Shown here in pieces: positions 1 through 10,312 of a stretch of DNA of 64,000 bases; the first letter of the stretch is position 1, and each line of letters starts with the position of its first letter. The translations under genes were made by a program, and so were the position numbers. The stretch lies in the NCBI GenBank assembly GCA_041660525.1, contig JBAZWD010000001.1:224022-288021 (forward strand), read 5' to 3'. Source of the stretch: Legionellales bacterium (GTDB lineage Bacteria > Pseudomonadota > Gammaproteobacteria > JABCZS01). The notes below the pieces were generated by a model. That model saw nothing but the letters and a program-made list of their open reading frames with translations, did no database searches and was not told where the DNA came from.

Positions 1-854
1 AGTATGCCCTTGAACGTTTAGAGGCTATGGGCTTAAAGGGCATAGGCGGAGATGCTGTTTTAAAGCAACACGGTTATTTGGCTGGAACAGATGAACAACG
101 CGCGCAAGACATTAACCGCATGTTTGCTGATCCAAAGATTAAAGCAATTTTTCAATTACGTGGTGGTTTTGGCTCCGCGCGAATTTTAGATTTACTGGAT
201 TATGATTTAATTGCTAAAAATCCAAAAATCCTCATGGGACTTAGCGATACTACGGCTTTATTATTAGCCATTTATCATAAAACTGGCTTGACGACTTTTC
301 ACGGTCCTAACATTGGGCGTGAATGGCCCGAATTTACACGTCAGTATGTACAAGCCTTATTATTTGAAAATAAAACCATTACTTTAAAAAACCCCGAACC
401 CAAAAGCGATGATTTAACTAACACCGAAGATAGAATCCAAGTCATTCGCAAAGGCCAAGCCCAAGGCCGCTTAATCGGCGGGAATCTAACCGTATTAACC
501 TCCATCATAGGCTCAAATTATTTGCCGGATTTCACAGATGCAATTTTATTTCTCGAAGAAGTAAACGAAGCACCCTATAAAATTGATCGCATGTTCACCC
601 AATTAAAACTCGCGGGTATTTTAGATAAACTCACAGGCATCATTATCGGCAAATTCACGCACTGCATACCGAATAATCCGGGCAGTACTTACGGTTCTTT
701 TAACATCATGCAAATTTTAGAACACCACCTTCTTCCGCTCAACATCCCTGCGTGGTACGGCGCAATGATCAGTCATGAAAAACGTATTTTCACTTTACCT
801 ATCGGCGCAATGACCGAAATCAATGCAGAAATTGGAACGATAAAACTTTTTTGA
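1..854 (+). CDS. LD-carboxypeptidase (peptidase S66, LdcA/MccF-like), 5' end truncated by window edge
   Basis: The reading frame is open from nt 3 upstream of the annotated ATG (…YALERLEAMGLKG…). The protein aligns along its length with the paralog at 58883..59908. It carries the S66 nucleophile motif GLSDTTAL and the C-terminal His region (MISHE). Confidence 0.8.
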   Translation, partial: YALERLEAMGLKGIGGDAVLKQHGYLAGTDEQRAQDINRMFADPKIKAIFQLRGGFGSARILDLLDYDLIAKNPKILMGLSDTTALLLAIYHKTGLTTFHGPNIGREWPEFTRQYVQALLFENKTITLKNPEPKSDDLTNTEDRIQVIRKGQAQGRLIGGNLTVLTSIIGSNYLPDFTDAILFLEEVNEAPYKIDRMFTQLKLAGILDKLTGIIIGKFTHCIPNNPGSTYGSFNIMQILEHHLLPLNIPAWYGAMISHEKRIFTLPIGAMTEINAEIGTIKLF

Positions 855-871
855 ACACAGGAAATATCATT

Positions 872-2317
872 ATGCGCAAATGGCTCGGGCTAATCATCAC
901 AGCACTTTTAATTATTGTATTTTTACCCGCAGGTTTAGGAATTTTGGCAAAAAAATCTTTAGATCGTTTAGTTGCAGATTTACCCATGCCAGATGGTGCA
1001 ACATTAACTATGCAGGATTACACTTTTGGCTGGTTAAATTCTTACGTGGCATTTAAAATACAAGCGCCAAAAACACCAAAAAATGCACATTATGTTACCG
1101 GTGAAACTTTGGATATTATTATTCATGGTGATATCATTCACGGGCCTTTTGTCGCAACTACGCGAGGCATGCGTCCCGGTGTTGCGCGTGTAGATACCCA
1201 TGCGAAATTAAATGATCTTCATGGCTTAAGCGAAAAAACGCATCAAGAATTATATTTATTATTTAAAAATAATGATTTATTACACGCTAGCAGTTTGTTG
1301 CAAATTTTAAATGGCATTACTATTGACTTGAAATCCAGCCCCATCCAAACACAATTAGCCGGTGATAATTTTCAATGGAATGGTTTTAACGCGCATATCA
1401 AAGCCAATCATGATTTTGATAAGCTGGATACTGATATCACCATAAGCCCAATTTTATTCACAACCCAAAGTGGCGCAACTTTAGATGCAGCACAAGGGCA
1501 ATATAAAGCACAATTGTCACGCGAAGAAGAATCCCTTTGGGTGGGCGAGCAAATTTTCACATTGCCCACTTTTTATTTAAAAGATGAACTAGGCGCAGTT
1601 TTACGTTTTGATCATTTAAGAATCATGAGCACCAGTAATATTATTCATGAATTATTGGAAGCATCATTGGATATTGAAGCAGATAATATCGAAGTCAATA
1701 ATCAAAAAATTGAGCAATTACGTTTTGATGTGGAAATTTCTGATTTTGCGAATAAACCAGTTTTAGCATTAAGTAAAATCATGCATAAACCACAACCATG
1801 GTCACCTGAAGATAAACAACAAGCATTTAAATTAATTACCCAAGCGCTAGCGCCCGGCGCTAATGTAGAAATTGATTATCATTTAAACATGCAAAATGAA
1901 CAGGTAGTATTACGCGGGAAATTAGATTTCCCGAATATCAAGGATACCGTCAATCCTAATGTTGCAGTCAACGCACAACAATTACTGGCGGGCTTAAATG
2001 CGCAAGTGGAATTTTCTGCGCCACAACCCGTAGTAAGCGATTTGTTATTTGACATGACATGGTCAGCATTAACAAGGCAAATGGGTACGCCACCGGGCAT
2101 TGAAGAAGAAACGCAAGTCAAACAATTGATCGACAATCAAGTGCAAGCATTAGTGCAAAGCGGCGCCTTTGTTGTTAAAGATAATATGTATAATTTAGAC
2201 TTTAATTATCAACAAGGTAATATGTTGTTAAACGCACAACCTGTTACCGAAGGTGAAATATTTTTACTCCTTATGTTATTACTGGAAGTTACGCCCGATG
2301 AAAGCCCTTTGTCTTGA
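872..2317 (+). CDS. DUF945/YdgA-like membrane-anchored protein (hypothetical)
   Basis: About 480 aa with a single N-terminal TM helix (WLGLIITALLIIVFLPAGLGI) and a long soluble body, which is the architecture of the YdgA/DUF945 family. The likely start is the internal Met just after the upstream stop. This is a family guess only. Confidence 0.4.
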   Translation: MRKWLGLIITALLIIVFLPAGLGILAKKSLDRLVADLPMPDGATLTMQDYTFGWLNSYVAFKIQAPKTPKNAHYVTGETLDIIIHGDIIHGPFVATTRGMRPGVARVDTHAKLNDLHGLSEKTHQELYLLFKNNDLLHASSLLQILNGITIDLKSSPIQTQLAGDNFQWNGFNAHIKANHDFDKLDTDITISPILFTTQSGATLDAAQGQYKAQLSREEESLWVGEQIFTLPTFYLKDELGAVLRFDHLRIMSTSNIIHELLEASLDIEADNIEVNNQKIEQLRFDVEISDFANKPVLALSKIMHKPQPWSPEDKQQAFKLITQALAPGANVEIDYHLNMQNEQVVLRGKLDFPNIKDTVNPNVAVNAQQLLAGLNAQVEFSAPQPVVSDLLFDMTWSALTRQMGTPPGIEEETQVKQLIDNQVQALVQSGAFVVKDNMYNLDFNYQQGNMLLNAQPVTEGEIFLLLMLLLEVTPDESPLS

Positions 2318-3206
2318 GCATTTAATAAAAACGTATAAAAACGGAACGACCGCCTTAAAAGATATTTCTTTTAGCATAGAACAAGGTGATTTTTTCGCAT
2401 TACTAGGACCTAATGGTGCTGGTAAAACCACAACCATCGGCATTATTTGCTCGTTAGTAAATAAAACCGGCGGTACCGTTAAGGTATTTGATGTGGATAT
2501 CGATAAAAATTGGCCGCTCGCAAAATCTTATATTGGTGTTGTGCCGCAAGAATTTAATTTTAATATGTTTGAAACCGTAGAAAATATTATTTTATACCAA
2601 GCGGGTTTTTATGGTATTCCAAGAAGCAAAGCTAAAGAATCGACACAGCGCGCTTTAAAACAAGTGGAGCTTTGGGATAAGCGAAATCATATTGCGCGCA
2701 CATTATCTGGCGGTATGAAGCGGCGCTTGATGATTGCGCGTGCGATAGTTCATCAGCCGAAATTACTTATTTTAGATGAACCTACTGCAGGGGTGGACGT
2801 TGAAATTCGCCGCAGCATGTGGAATTTTTTACGCGAATTAAATCAACAAGGTACAACTATTGTATTGACGACACATTATTTAGAAGAAGTTGAAAACTTA
2901 TGCCACAATGTTGCGATTATTCACCGTGGCGAAATTATTGAAAACACAACGGTCAAAAATTTAATTGCACGCGCGCCTAAAGAGAGTTTTGTTTTGGATT
3001 TAGCCCAGCCTTTACAACAAGCGCCGCAAATCCAGGGCTTCACTTTAAAATTGATTGATGATACAACGCTTGAAGTTGAAATCCCGCGTAATACATCATT
3101 AAACGAATTGTTCGCGCAATTATCCAAAGATAATATTCATTTAACCAGTATGCGCAATAAATCAAATCGTTTAGAAGAGTTATTTTTAAACTTGGTCAAG
3201 GAATAA
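2298..3206 (+). CDS. ABC transporter ATP-binding protein (ABC-2 type exporter ATPase)
   Basis: Walker A GPNGAGKTT, signature LSGGMKRRL and Walker B LLILDEPTAGVD are all present. The start is chosen at MKALCLEHLIK…; the longer ORF extension overlaps the upstream gene. Confidence 0.85.
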   Translation: MKALCLEHLIKTYKNGTTALKDISFSIEQGDFFALLGPNGAGKTTTIGIICSLVNKTGGTVKVFDVDIDKNWPLAKSYIGVVPQEFNFNMFETVENIILYQAGFYGIPRSKAKESTQRALKQVELWDKRNHIARTLSGGMKRRLMIARAIVHQPKLLILDEPTAGVDVEIRRSMWNFLRELNQQGTTIVLTTHYLEEVENLCHNVAIIHRGEIIENTTVKNLIARAPKESFVLDLAQPLQQAPQIQGFTLKLIDDTTLEVEIPRNTSLNELFAQLSKDNIHLTSMRNKSNRLEELFLNLVKE

Positions 3207-3211
3207 AATAC

Positions 3212-3985
3212 ATGCGCTGTTATGAAAATATAATTGCCTTAAGCACTATCGTCAGACGCGAAATTGCGCGCTTTAGTCGTTTATGGATCCAAACCGTGGT
3301 TCCGCCAGTGATTACAACCTTGCTTTATTTTGTTATTTTTGGACACGTGATCGGTCGCTACGTTGCAGACATGGGCGGTGTTACGTATATGCAATATATT
3401 GTGCCAGGTTTAATTATGATGGCACTGATGAATAATGCATATGCTAACGTGGTATCTTCTTTTTTTGGCTCGAAGTTTCAACATTATATTGATGAAATAT
3501 TAGTCTCACCGACGTCTAATTTGGTTATTTTATTAGGTTATTTATTTGGCGGCATTGCACGTGGCCTGGCGGTAGGGATTATCGTTGCTATCGTCGCTTA
3601 CTTTTTTGCACCTATCAAAATCCATGATATTGGCTTAATGGTGTTGGTCGCGTTTTTATCTGCGGCACTTTTTTCTTTGGGTGGTTTTATCAATGCTGTT
3701 TTTGCGAAAAAATTCGATGATATTAGCTTAATTCCAACCTTCGTACTCACACCCATGATTTACTTAGGCGGCGTTTTTTATTCCATTCATTTATTACCGC
3801 CGATTTGGCAAAAAATTTCTTTGTTCAATCCAATTTTATATATGATCAATGCTTTTCGTTATAGCATGCTCGGTGTCTCCGATATCGCCATTGCGCCAGC
3901 TTTATTTATGTTATGTGGGTTTTTAATTTTATTTTTTGCAATCAGCTGGTATCTGCTAATTAAAGGCATAGGCTTGCGGAGTTAG
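3212..3985 (+). CDS. ABC-2 family transporter permease
   Basis: A 6-TM hydrophobic protein lies immediately downstream of the ABC ATPase, which is the typical ABC-2 (NodJ/YadH-like) arrangement. Confidence 0.75.
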   Translation: MRCYENIIALSTIVRREIARFSRLWIQTVVPPVITTLLYFVIFGHVIGRYVADMGGVTYMQYIVPGLIMMALMNNAYANVVSSFFGSKFQHYIDEILVSPTSNLVILLGYLFGGIARGLAVGIIVAIVAYFFAPIKIHDIGLMVLVAFLSAALFSLGGFINAVFAKKFDDISLIPTFVLTPMIYLGGVFYSIHLLPPIWQKISLFNPILYMINAFRYSMLGVSDIAIAPALFMLCGFLILFFAISWYLLIKGIGLRS

Positions 3986-3988
3986 AAA

Positions 3989-4642
3989 TTATTTCAGAAT
4001 GCCTTTTAACCACATGCCAATATCGGTTATTTCTTCCATACACACTTGATGCGCCATGGGGTAAGTATGCCAATCCACGTGATAACCTTGAGAAGTTAAT
4101 AGCTCTTCGGTCATATGTCCTGCTTCTATGGGAACAATCGGGTCATGTGTACCATGCGCTAAGAAAATAGGTAATGGTTTAGGCGTTTGAATGGCGTCTT
4201 TTAAAGATTGAATCGCTGGCAAATACGTTGATAAGCCCATGACGCCTGCTAAGGGTTGGGGAAAACGTAAAGCCGTGTATAATGCTAGCGCGCCGCCTTG
4301 AGAAAAGCCGATGAGGGCGATATTCTCATAAGGGATATTTTGTTGATGTTGATCCTCAATTAATGCGCTGATTTGTTGATAAGCGTTTTCAATACCTTTA
4401 ATATCGTGTTTTGCCGCCGGTGAAATTTCATGGATATCAAACCAAGCAGGCATTTGCATACCACGATTCAAAGTTACTGGGCGCGTGGGCGCGTGTGGGA
4501 AAATAAAACGAATGGCGAGATCATTTAATTTTAATTCAGGAACTATGGGAATAAAATCATAACCATCGGCGCCAAGACCATGAAGCCAAATTACAACAAA
4601 TTGTGCGCAGGTTTTAGGATTAATGGTTTCAAAGGGTAACAT
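3989..4642 (-). CDS. phospholipase/carboxylesterase family alpha/beta hydrolase
   Basis: 217 aa with the nucleophile elbow GFSQGG and an esterase-like His/Asp arrangement (PF02230-type carboxylesterase). Confidence 0.75.
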   Translation of the reverse strand: MLPFETINPKTCAQFVVIWLHGLGADGYDFIPIVPELKLNDLAIRFIFPHAPTRPVTLNRGMQMPAWFDIHEISPAAKHDIKGIENAYQQISALIEDQHQQNIPYENIALIGFSQGGALALYTALRFPQPLAGVMGLSTYLPAIQSLKDAIQTPKPLPIFLAHGTHDPIVPIEAGHMTEELLTSQGYHVDWHTYPMAHQVCMEEITDIGMWLKGILK

Positions 4643-4669
4643 GATGGTTATAATGATAACACTAAGATT

Positions 4670-5158
4670 ATGAATAAACTACTTTACTGTTTTTTTGCTT
4701 TAATACTGCTCGCAGGTTGCGCATCCACGCGTACGCCACCACCCGATGAGATCGTTGTGGTTAAGTCTGAGCGTGAAATGTACTTGTTGCATAACAATGT
4801 TGTTTATAGAACCTACGATATAAATCTTGGGCAAGAGCCCTATGGCCATAAACAAAAACGTGGCGATATGAAAACCCCCGAAGGTGAATACCATATTACG
4901 TGGCATAATCCCAATAGTGAATTTTATTTATCTTTACATATTAGTTATCCCGATAGAGAAGATCGCGAAAAAGCCGAAGCGCGAGGCCATGATCCAGGCG
5001 ATCTAATAGTCATCCATGGAATGCGTGGCCGCGGTTCTCGCAGTGATTTTCTAAAAGCTGGCGATTGGACGGAAGGTTGTATAGCAATGACAAATGAAGA
5101 AATGCATGAATTATTTCATTTAGTTGAAATAGGTACGCCGATCACGATTTATCCTTAA
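4670..5158 (+). CDS. L,D-transpeptidase-domain (YkuD-like) lipoprotein
   Basis: A lipobox is present (LLAGCAS). The catalytic-type motif HGMRGRGSRSDFLKAGDWTEGCIAM (His…Gly-Cys) matches the L,D-transpeptidase fold. Confidence 0.6.
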   Translation: MNKLLYCFFALILLAGCASTRTPPPDEIVVVKSEREMYLLHNNVVYRTYDINLGQEPYGHKQKRGDMKTPEGEYHITWHNPNSEFYLSLHISYPDREDREKAEARGHDPGDLIVIHGMRGRGSRSDFLKAGDWTEGCIAMTNEEMHELFHLVEIGTPITIYP

Positions 5159-5168
5159 GAAGAATTTT

Positions 5169-5672
5169 ATGTCTGAAGATAAAAAATTGTGGCAGGATGC
5201 AATGCAAGGCGTTATGCCATTAACGCCAGACAATAAAATAAAAATAAAAACGCCGAAAATCATCCCCAGAAAAATCAACCCTATTGAGCGTGAAAAAATC
5301 AGCACTCTAGAATTTTATGATAATGATATCGAGCAACCTGAACATATTTTTTTTGCACGTAGTGGATTGCAATACCGCGTGCAACATCAATTACGCTGCG
5401 GAAAAATAAGACCAGAAGCCACATTAGATTTACATGGTTTTACCATTGAAGAAGCCCGCACCGCAGTCGGTCAATTTTTATTAAAAGCACAACAGCACCA
5501 CGTACGTGCACTAAAAATTATTCACGGAAAAAGCACAGCCATTTTACGCAATAAAGTATATCAATGGTTACCACAAAGCCCGCAGATTTTAGCCGTTTGT
5601 TCCACAATTGCGAGTGATGGCGGGACAGGTGCGGTTTATGTGTTATTAAGAAATCATTTAAACCCTCGATAA
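5169..5672 (+). CDS. smrB: Smr-domain protein (SmrB/YfcN-like endonuclease)
   Basis: A C-terminal Smr domain is recognisable (LDLHGFTIEEARTAVGQFL…IHGKS). The size and layout resemble E. coli SmrB. Confidence 0.6.
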   Translation: MSEDKKLWQDAMQGVMPLTPDNKIKIKTPKIIPRKINPIEREKISTLEFYDNDIEQPEHIFFARSGLQYRVQHQLRCGKIRPEATLDLHGFTIEEARTAVGQFLLKAQQHHVRALKIIHGKSTAILRNKVYQWLPQSPQILAVCSTIASDGGTGAVYVLLRNHLNPR

Positions 5673-7150
5673 CCCAAAGCTTCTTGCACATGTTCTATAT
5701 TAATATTTTCTGCAGCATCTAAATCCGCAATAGTGCGCGCGATTTTTAATGTTTTATGGTAAGCGCGCGTGGATAAATTAAATTGAGTGAGTGCTTTTTC
5801 GAGGAGTTGTTCCGCACGTGTATCGAGTTGACAAAAATTTTTAATTTGCGCGCTACTTAATTGTGCATTAGCAACTTCTGCGCGTGCGAGGGCGCGATTT
5901 CTGGCTGCAATGACGCGAGACTTTATGATCGCGCTCGATTCACTGGTGACATCATTAGCTTTTAAAAATGCTTGCGCAGGTAAGCTGCTCACACGTAATT
6001 GCAAATCAATTCTATCTAACATCGGCCCGGAAATCTTAGATTGATAACGCTGCACTTGCTCACTCGTACATGTGCAGGCATGATTGCTTGCGCCTAAGTA
6101 ACCACACGGACAAGGATTCATTGCACAAATTAATTGAAAACGCGCAGGAAACTGTATGGTTTTTGTGGCGCGAGCAATCACTATTTTTCCTGATTCTAAG
6201 GGTTCACGTAAAGTTTCTATGGTTTTACGATTAAACTCTGGAAATTCATCTAAAAATAAAACGCCATTATGTGCTAAAGAAATTTCTCCAGGCTTAGGCA
6301 TTGATCCACCGCCAACTAAAGCAATGCCCGAAGCTGTATGATGTGGATTACGAAAAGGACGTTTGCCCCAATGAGAAAGATTAATCGGTTGATCGCTAAT
6401 CGAATAAATGGCAATTGTTTCGATCGCCTCTGCTTCCGACATATTCGGCAAAATACTGGGTAAACGTTCTGCTAACATGGTTTTTCCGGCGCCTGGTGTG
6501 CCGATCATCAATGCATTATGTCCTCCACTGGCTGCAATTTCTAAAACACGTTTGGCTTGATATTGTCCTATGACTTCAGAAAAATCCGGCATGGGTTGTG
6601 CGATTAAATGAGGCGCATCATTTTGATAAAGTGTTAACGGTTTAGATTTATTAAAATGTGCACTGACGTCTAATAAATGTTGCGCAGGATAAATGGGGCA
6701 ACGACTTAAATTCGCTTCTAATGCGTTGTGTTCGGGAATAATTAACATACGTTGCGCTTGTTTGGTTTGCAAAGCAAAAGGCAGCGCACCTTGTATGCGA
6801 CGAATTTCTCCAGACAACGCGAGCTCGCCCGCAATTTCATAAAGCTCCAAATCTTTTTTAGAAATTTGCTGAGTTGCCGCTAAAATACCTAAAGCAATCG
6901 GTAAATCAAAACGCCCACCTTCTTTGGGTAAATCAGCTGGTGCAAGATTAACGGTAATACGACCCGCAGGAAATTCAAAACGACTGTGTAATAACGCGCT
7001 GCGTACGCGGTGTTTACTTTCTTTAACAGCAGTTTCTGGCAAACCCGCAATTGCAAATTGTGGAATGCCTGCGGAAATATGAACTTCAATGGTAACGAGA
7101 GGCGCGTGCAAACCTAATCGCGCACGCGAATAAATAACGGCGAGTGACAT
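5654..7150 (-). CDS. comM: YifB/ComM family Mg-chelatase-like AAA+ ATPase
   Basis: 498 aa with Walker A GTPGAGKTM, the DEFPEF sensor region, a Cys-rich insert (CPCGYLG…CTC) and the C-terminal Mg-chelatase ChlI-like helix bundle. Confidence 0.9.
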   Translation of the reverse strand: MSLAVIYSRARLGLHAPLVTIEVHISAGIPQFAIAGLPETAVKESKHRVRSALLHSRFEFPAGRITVNLAPADLPKEGGRFDLPIALGILAATQQISKKDLELYEIAGELALSGEIRRIQGALPFALQTKQAQRMLIIPEHNALEANLSRCPIYPAQHLLDVSAHFNKSKPLTLYQNDAPHLIAQPMPDFSEVIGQYQAKRVLEIAASGGHNALMIGTPGAGKTMLAERLPSILPNMSEAEAIETIAIYSISDQPINLSHWGKRPFRNPHHTASGIALVGGGSMPKPGEISLAHNGVLFLDEFPEFNRKTIETLREPLESGKIVIARATKTIQFPARFQLICAMNPCPCGYLGASNHACTCTSEQVQRYQSKISGPMLDRIDLQLRVSSLPAQAFLKANDVTSESSAIIKSRVIAARNRALARAEVANAQLSSAQIKNFCQLDTRAEQLLEKALTQFNLSTRAYHKTLKIARTIADLDAAENINIEHVQEALGYRGFK

Positions 7151-7213
7151 CCTTGTTTCTCCTGCAAAAGAATTTTAATAATTTTATTTTTAAATGATAC
7201 CGGTTTTATTTTT

Positions 7214-7477
7214 TTATGACAAACGAATTTTTTCTTCTAATTTAATTAATATTTGTTCAAGTTCCACTAGTTTTGCTTGTGTGCGTTCAAGTACAGCGCA
7301 TTGAATATCAAATTCTTGTTTTGGAACTAAATCAAGCTTTAATAATTGCTCTTTGATCACATCGCGCAAAATATCGCGCACATCTTCTGAGAGGGCAACT
7401 AGGCTGGGCGGTAAGCCCTCGAGTATTTTGTCTGCCAAACTTTCAATCGTTGAACAGTTCATGATTTTCCCCTTCAT
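7214..7477 (-). CDS. ubiK: ubiquinone biosynthesis accessory factor UbiK (YqiC/BMFP family)
   Basis: An 87-aa coiled-coil protein. The LDLVPKQEFDIQCAVLERTQAKLVELE segment matches the YqiC core (DLVSREEFDVQ…LRTREKL). Confidence 0.65.
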   Translation of the reverse strand: MKGKIMNCSTIESLADKILEGLPPSLVALSEDVRDILRDVIKEQLLKLDLVPKQEFDIQCAVLERTQAKLVELEQILIKLEEKIRLS

Positions 7478-7539
7478 TTGGAATAAGGTGGTATAATCGC
7501 ATTTTTTATTTCACAACTCAACCACCCATAGATAAGCAC

Positions 7540-9420
7540 ATGAAAAATATAGAAAAAAATAATAGTTTGTTTAACATCCCAGGCTGGGGCGCAGGTTATT
7601 TTTTTATCAATGAAGAAGGGCAATTATGCGCGCGGCCACGAGCGCAAGACAGCGATCAAGCGGTCTGCCTGACCGATGTGGCGACTAAGGCTATGGCTTT
7701 AGGTTTAAGTTTGCCTATCTTGTTACGCTTTGCCGATATTTTGCAGCACCGTGCGCAAATTTTAACGCGCGCCTTTGAAAATGCGAAAGAAAAATTTAAT
7801 TATACTGGCGCTTATACCGCCGTGTATCCCATTAAAGTGAATCAACAACACCAAGTTATTGAACATGTCTTGGCAGCGCCGGATGCCAATGTTGGCTTAG
7901 AAGCGGGTAGTAAGCCTGAATTAATGGCAGTGTTAGCTTTAAGTCCGATGGAAAAACAATCCATTATTATCTGCAATGGTTATAAAGATAAAGAGTATAT
8001 TCAACTTGCTTTGATTGGTAATGAATTAGGCCATCATGTTTATATTATCATTGAGAAATTATCCGAATTAGAAGTGGTATTAAGCGAAGCCAAACGCATG
8101 GGTATAACGCCCAAATTAGGTTTTCGCGTACGCTTAGCGTCCATGGGAACAGGGCGCTGGCAAAATACTGGGGGTGAAAAAGCGAAATTTGGTTTATCGA
8201 GCGAACAAGTCTTATCCGGAATTCAAACCTTAAAAGATCATAATTTATTGCATTGCTTGCATGCTTTGCATATGCATATGGGATCGCAAATGGCGAATAT
8301 CCGTGATATTCAACATGCATTATTAGAAGTTGCGCGCTTTTATGTGGAGCTTCATCAGTTGGGTGTTAATATTCAAATCGTTGATATTGGCGGCGGTCTT
8401 GCTGTCGATTATAGCGGCACACAAACACGCGCAGATTTTTCGATGAATTATAGTTTAGAAGAATATGCCTATAACTTTGTGCGCACGTTTTCTGAAGCGT
8501 GTAAAGCACATGATTTACCACAGCCGCATTTAATTACAGAATCCGGACGTTCAATGATGGCGCATCATGCCGTACTGATTACTAATTTAGTGGACAGAGA
8601 AGCGATAAATGGTTCCGATGTACATGTCATGGCAGATGATGAACCTATTGTACTAAAAGAGCTCTATGATACCCTAATGGCGCTATCTACATTGTCACCG
8701 ACAGAAGCTTACCATAATGCTTTGCATGGTATGCATGAAGCACAAAGTCTATTTATTTATGGTGTATTAAATTTACAACAACGCGCCAAAGCAGAAAGTA
8801 TTTATCATGCGATTTGCAAACAAGTGCGCGAGCGTTTAAATCCATTAGTGCGCGCTCATGCAAAAGTATTGGATGAGCTCAATGAAAAATTAGCCACTAA
8901 AGTTTTTGCGAACTTTTCTGTATTTCAATCACTGCCGGATGCTTGGGCTTTAGATCAACCTTTTCCTATTTTACCTTTATCGCGTTTAGATGAAACATTA
9001 TCCGAGCGTGGCATTATTCAAGATTTAACCTGTGACTCTGACGGACAAATTGGTTTATATGTTGATAATATGGGTGTTGAAACCAGTATGCCTTTGCCTG
9101 TGCATGATGAAAATAAACCTTATCTGTTAGGGTTTTTCTTGGCTGGTGCTTATCAAGAAATTTTAGGCGATATGCATAATTTATTTGGTGATGCTGATTC
9201 CGTGCACGTGCAATTAGAAAAAGACGGTAGTTATAGTTTACATCATGCTAAATGCGGCGATATGATCAGCGATGTTTTGCGTTATGTAGGCTTTGATAGC
9301 AAAGAATTATTATCTACGTTTAGACGTAAAATGGCACAAGTGGATTTAACGCCGGATAAAAAAGCACAATATTTAGCGCGTTTAGAACAAGGCTTATCGG
9401 CTTATACGTATTTAGGATAA
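7540..9420 (+). CDS. speA: biosynthetic arginine decarboxylase
   Basis: 626 aa, colinear with SpeA. It has the PLP-binding region around YPIKVNQQ and the C-terminal SpeA-specific domain. Confidence 0.9.
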   Translation: MKNIEKNNSLFNIPGWGAGYFFINEEGQLCARPRAQDSDQAVCLTDVATKAMALGLSLPILLRFADILQHRAQILTRAFENAKEKFNYTGAYTAVYPIKVNQQHQVIEHVLAAPDANVGLEAGSKPELMAVLALSPMEKQSIIICNGYKDKEYIQLALIGNELGHHVYIIIEKLSELEVVLSEAKRMGITPKLGFRVRLASMGTGRWQNTGGEKAKFGLSSEQVLSGIQTLKDHNLLHCLHALHMHMGSQMANIRDIQHALLEVARFYVELHQLGVNIQIVDIGGGLAVDYSGTQTRADFSMNYSLEEYAYNFVRTFSEACKAHDLPQPHLITESGRSMMAHHAVLITNLVDREAINGSDVHVMADDEPIVLKELYDTLMALSTLSPTEAYHNALHGMHEAQSLFIYGVLNLQQRAKAESIYHAICKQVRERLNPLVRAHAKVLDELNEKLATKVFANFSVFQSLPDAWALDQPFPILPLSRLDETLSERGIIQDLTCDSDGQIGLYVDNMGVETSMPLPVHDENKPYLLGFFLAGAYQEILGDMHNLFGDADSVHVQLEKDGSYSLHHAKCGDMISDVLRYVGFDSKELLSTFRRKMAQVDLTPDKKAQYLARLEQGLSAYTYLG

Positions 9421-9424
9421 GGCC

Positions 9425-10135
9425 ATGAATAAAAATATTCTAACGCAAATTGCGACGTTAATGCTGGTTGCTATCGGATTTATTTTCAAACAACCGTTAA
9501 TTTTATCCGTAGGTTTGTTTGCCTTTTCAGGTGGCATTACCAATTGGCTCGCGATATACATGCTCTTTGAAAAAGTGCCTGGATTGTATGGCTCGGGTGT
9601 AATCCCTGCACATTTTCAAGAGTTCAAACGTGGTATCGCGCATTTATTAATGCAACAATTTTTTACCCAAGATAATATTGAGCGTTTTTTAAAAGGCAGC
9701 GCTAACGAAGCGCCCCACATTCCGTTTGATGATGTGATTGATACCATAAACTTAGATCAAGCTTTTGATGCTTTTATTCAAGTCATCATGGAGTCCTCTT
9801 TTGGCAGCATGTTAAATATGTTAGGCGGCCCTGCCCGCCTGGAAAGCTTGCGGATTCCCTTTGTTGAGAAATTAAAAAATGTGATGCAAACGCTGGCACA
9901 AACGGATGACTTTCAAAAAGCCGTGCAAAATAAGCTAGCGCAAACAGCAACCACAGAGAAAATGCATGCAAAAATTTCTGCGGTTATTGAGCACCGTTTA
10001 GATGAGTTGACACCACAATTGGTCAAACAAATGGTTGAAGATATGATACGCATCCACTTAGGCTGGCTCGTCGTTTGGGGCGCAGTATTTGGTGGGTTAA
10101 TTGGATTAGTCGCTGGAATATTAGAGAAATATTAA
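9425..10135 (+). CDS. DUF445-like inner-membrane protein (hypothetical)
   Basis: N- and C-terminal TM segments are present, and the C-terminal GWLVVWGAVFGGLIGLVAG is characteristic of DUF445/YjiN-like proteins. This is a weak family call. Confidence 0.35.
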   Translation: MNKNILTQIATLMLVAIGFIFKQPLILSVGLFAFSGGITNWLAIYMLFEKVPGLYGSGVIPAHFQEFKRGIAHLLMQQFFTQDNIERFLKGSANEAPHIPFDDVIDTINLDQAFDAFIQVIMESSFGSMLNMLGGPARLESLRIPFVEKLKNVMQTLAQTDDFQKAVQNKLAQTATTEKMHAKISAVIEHRLDELTPQLVKQMVEDMIRIHLGWLVVWGAVFGGLIGLVAGILEKY

Positions 10136-10290
10136 GTAAATTTTGCTTTGCATTTTTTAAAATGATGCTACAATTATTTTTCAGGGAAGAGGTTGTTTAG
10201 GTCAAGGATGGCAATGTTAGATTCATTTTCCACTAAGTTGTCCACAACGTATCCCATTATTAATAGTAACTGAACTGTTTTAACATTTTT

Positions 10291-10312
10291 AAAACGGCAC
10301 CGTTTTTATTTT
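10291..10312. terminator. short bidirectional intrinsic terminator-like hairpin (AAAACGGCACCGTTTTTATTTT)
   Basis: A GC stem (CGG/CCG) flanked by an A4 run and a T5 run, lying in the 313-bp spacer between convergent genes. Confidence 0.4.

Noticed and set aside
1879..2136. 85-aa minus-strand ORF inside the DUF945-like gene (similarly 2921..3127, 4700..4906, 6156..6341, 8048..8320, 9786..9971, 20229..20644 cluster, 21190..22091 cluster, 28331..29127 cluster, 29822..30476 cluster, 32837..33355, 37257..37454, 39610..39801, 46549..46737, 50745..51437, 52703..53571, 54252..54443, 60066..60296, 60941..61141)
   Set aside because: All are short antisense or out-of-frame ORFs lying wholly inside longer ORFs whose products carry unambiguous conserved motifs. 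There is no RBS or domain support.
2253..2297. N-terminal extension (MKYFYSLCYYWKLRP) of the ABC ATPase ORF; likewise 15139..15252 extension of the Fic ORF, 19888..19917 of ftsY, 38040..38177 of hemE, 57392..57481 of the GNAT gene, 61604..61684 of brnA, 62501..62527 of hemL
   Set aside because: The extensions overlap upstream genes and lack RBSs. Downstream internal Met codons align with the conserved N-termini of the respective families and are preceded by Shine-Dalgarno-like sequences.
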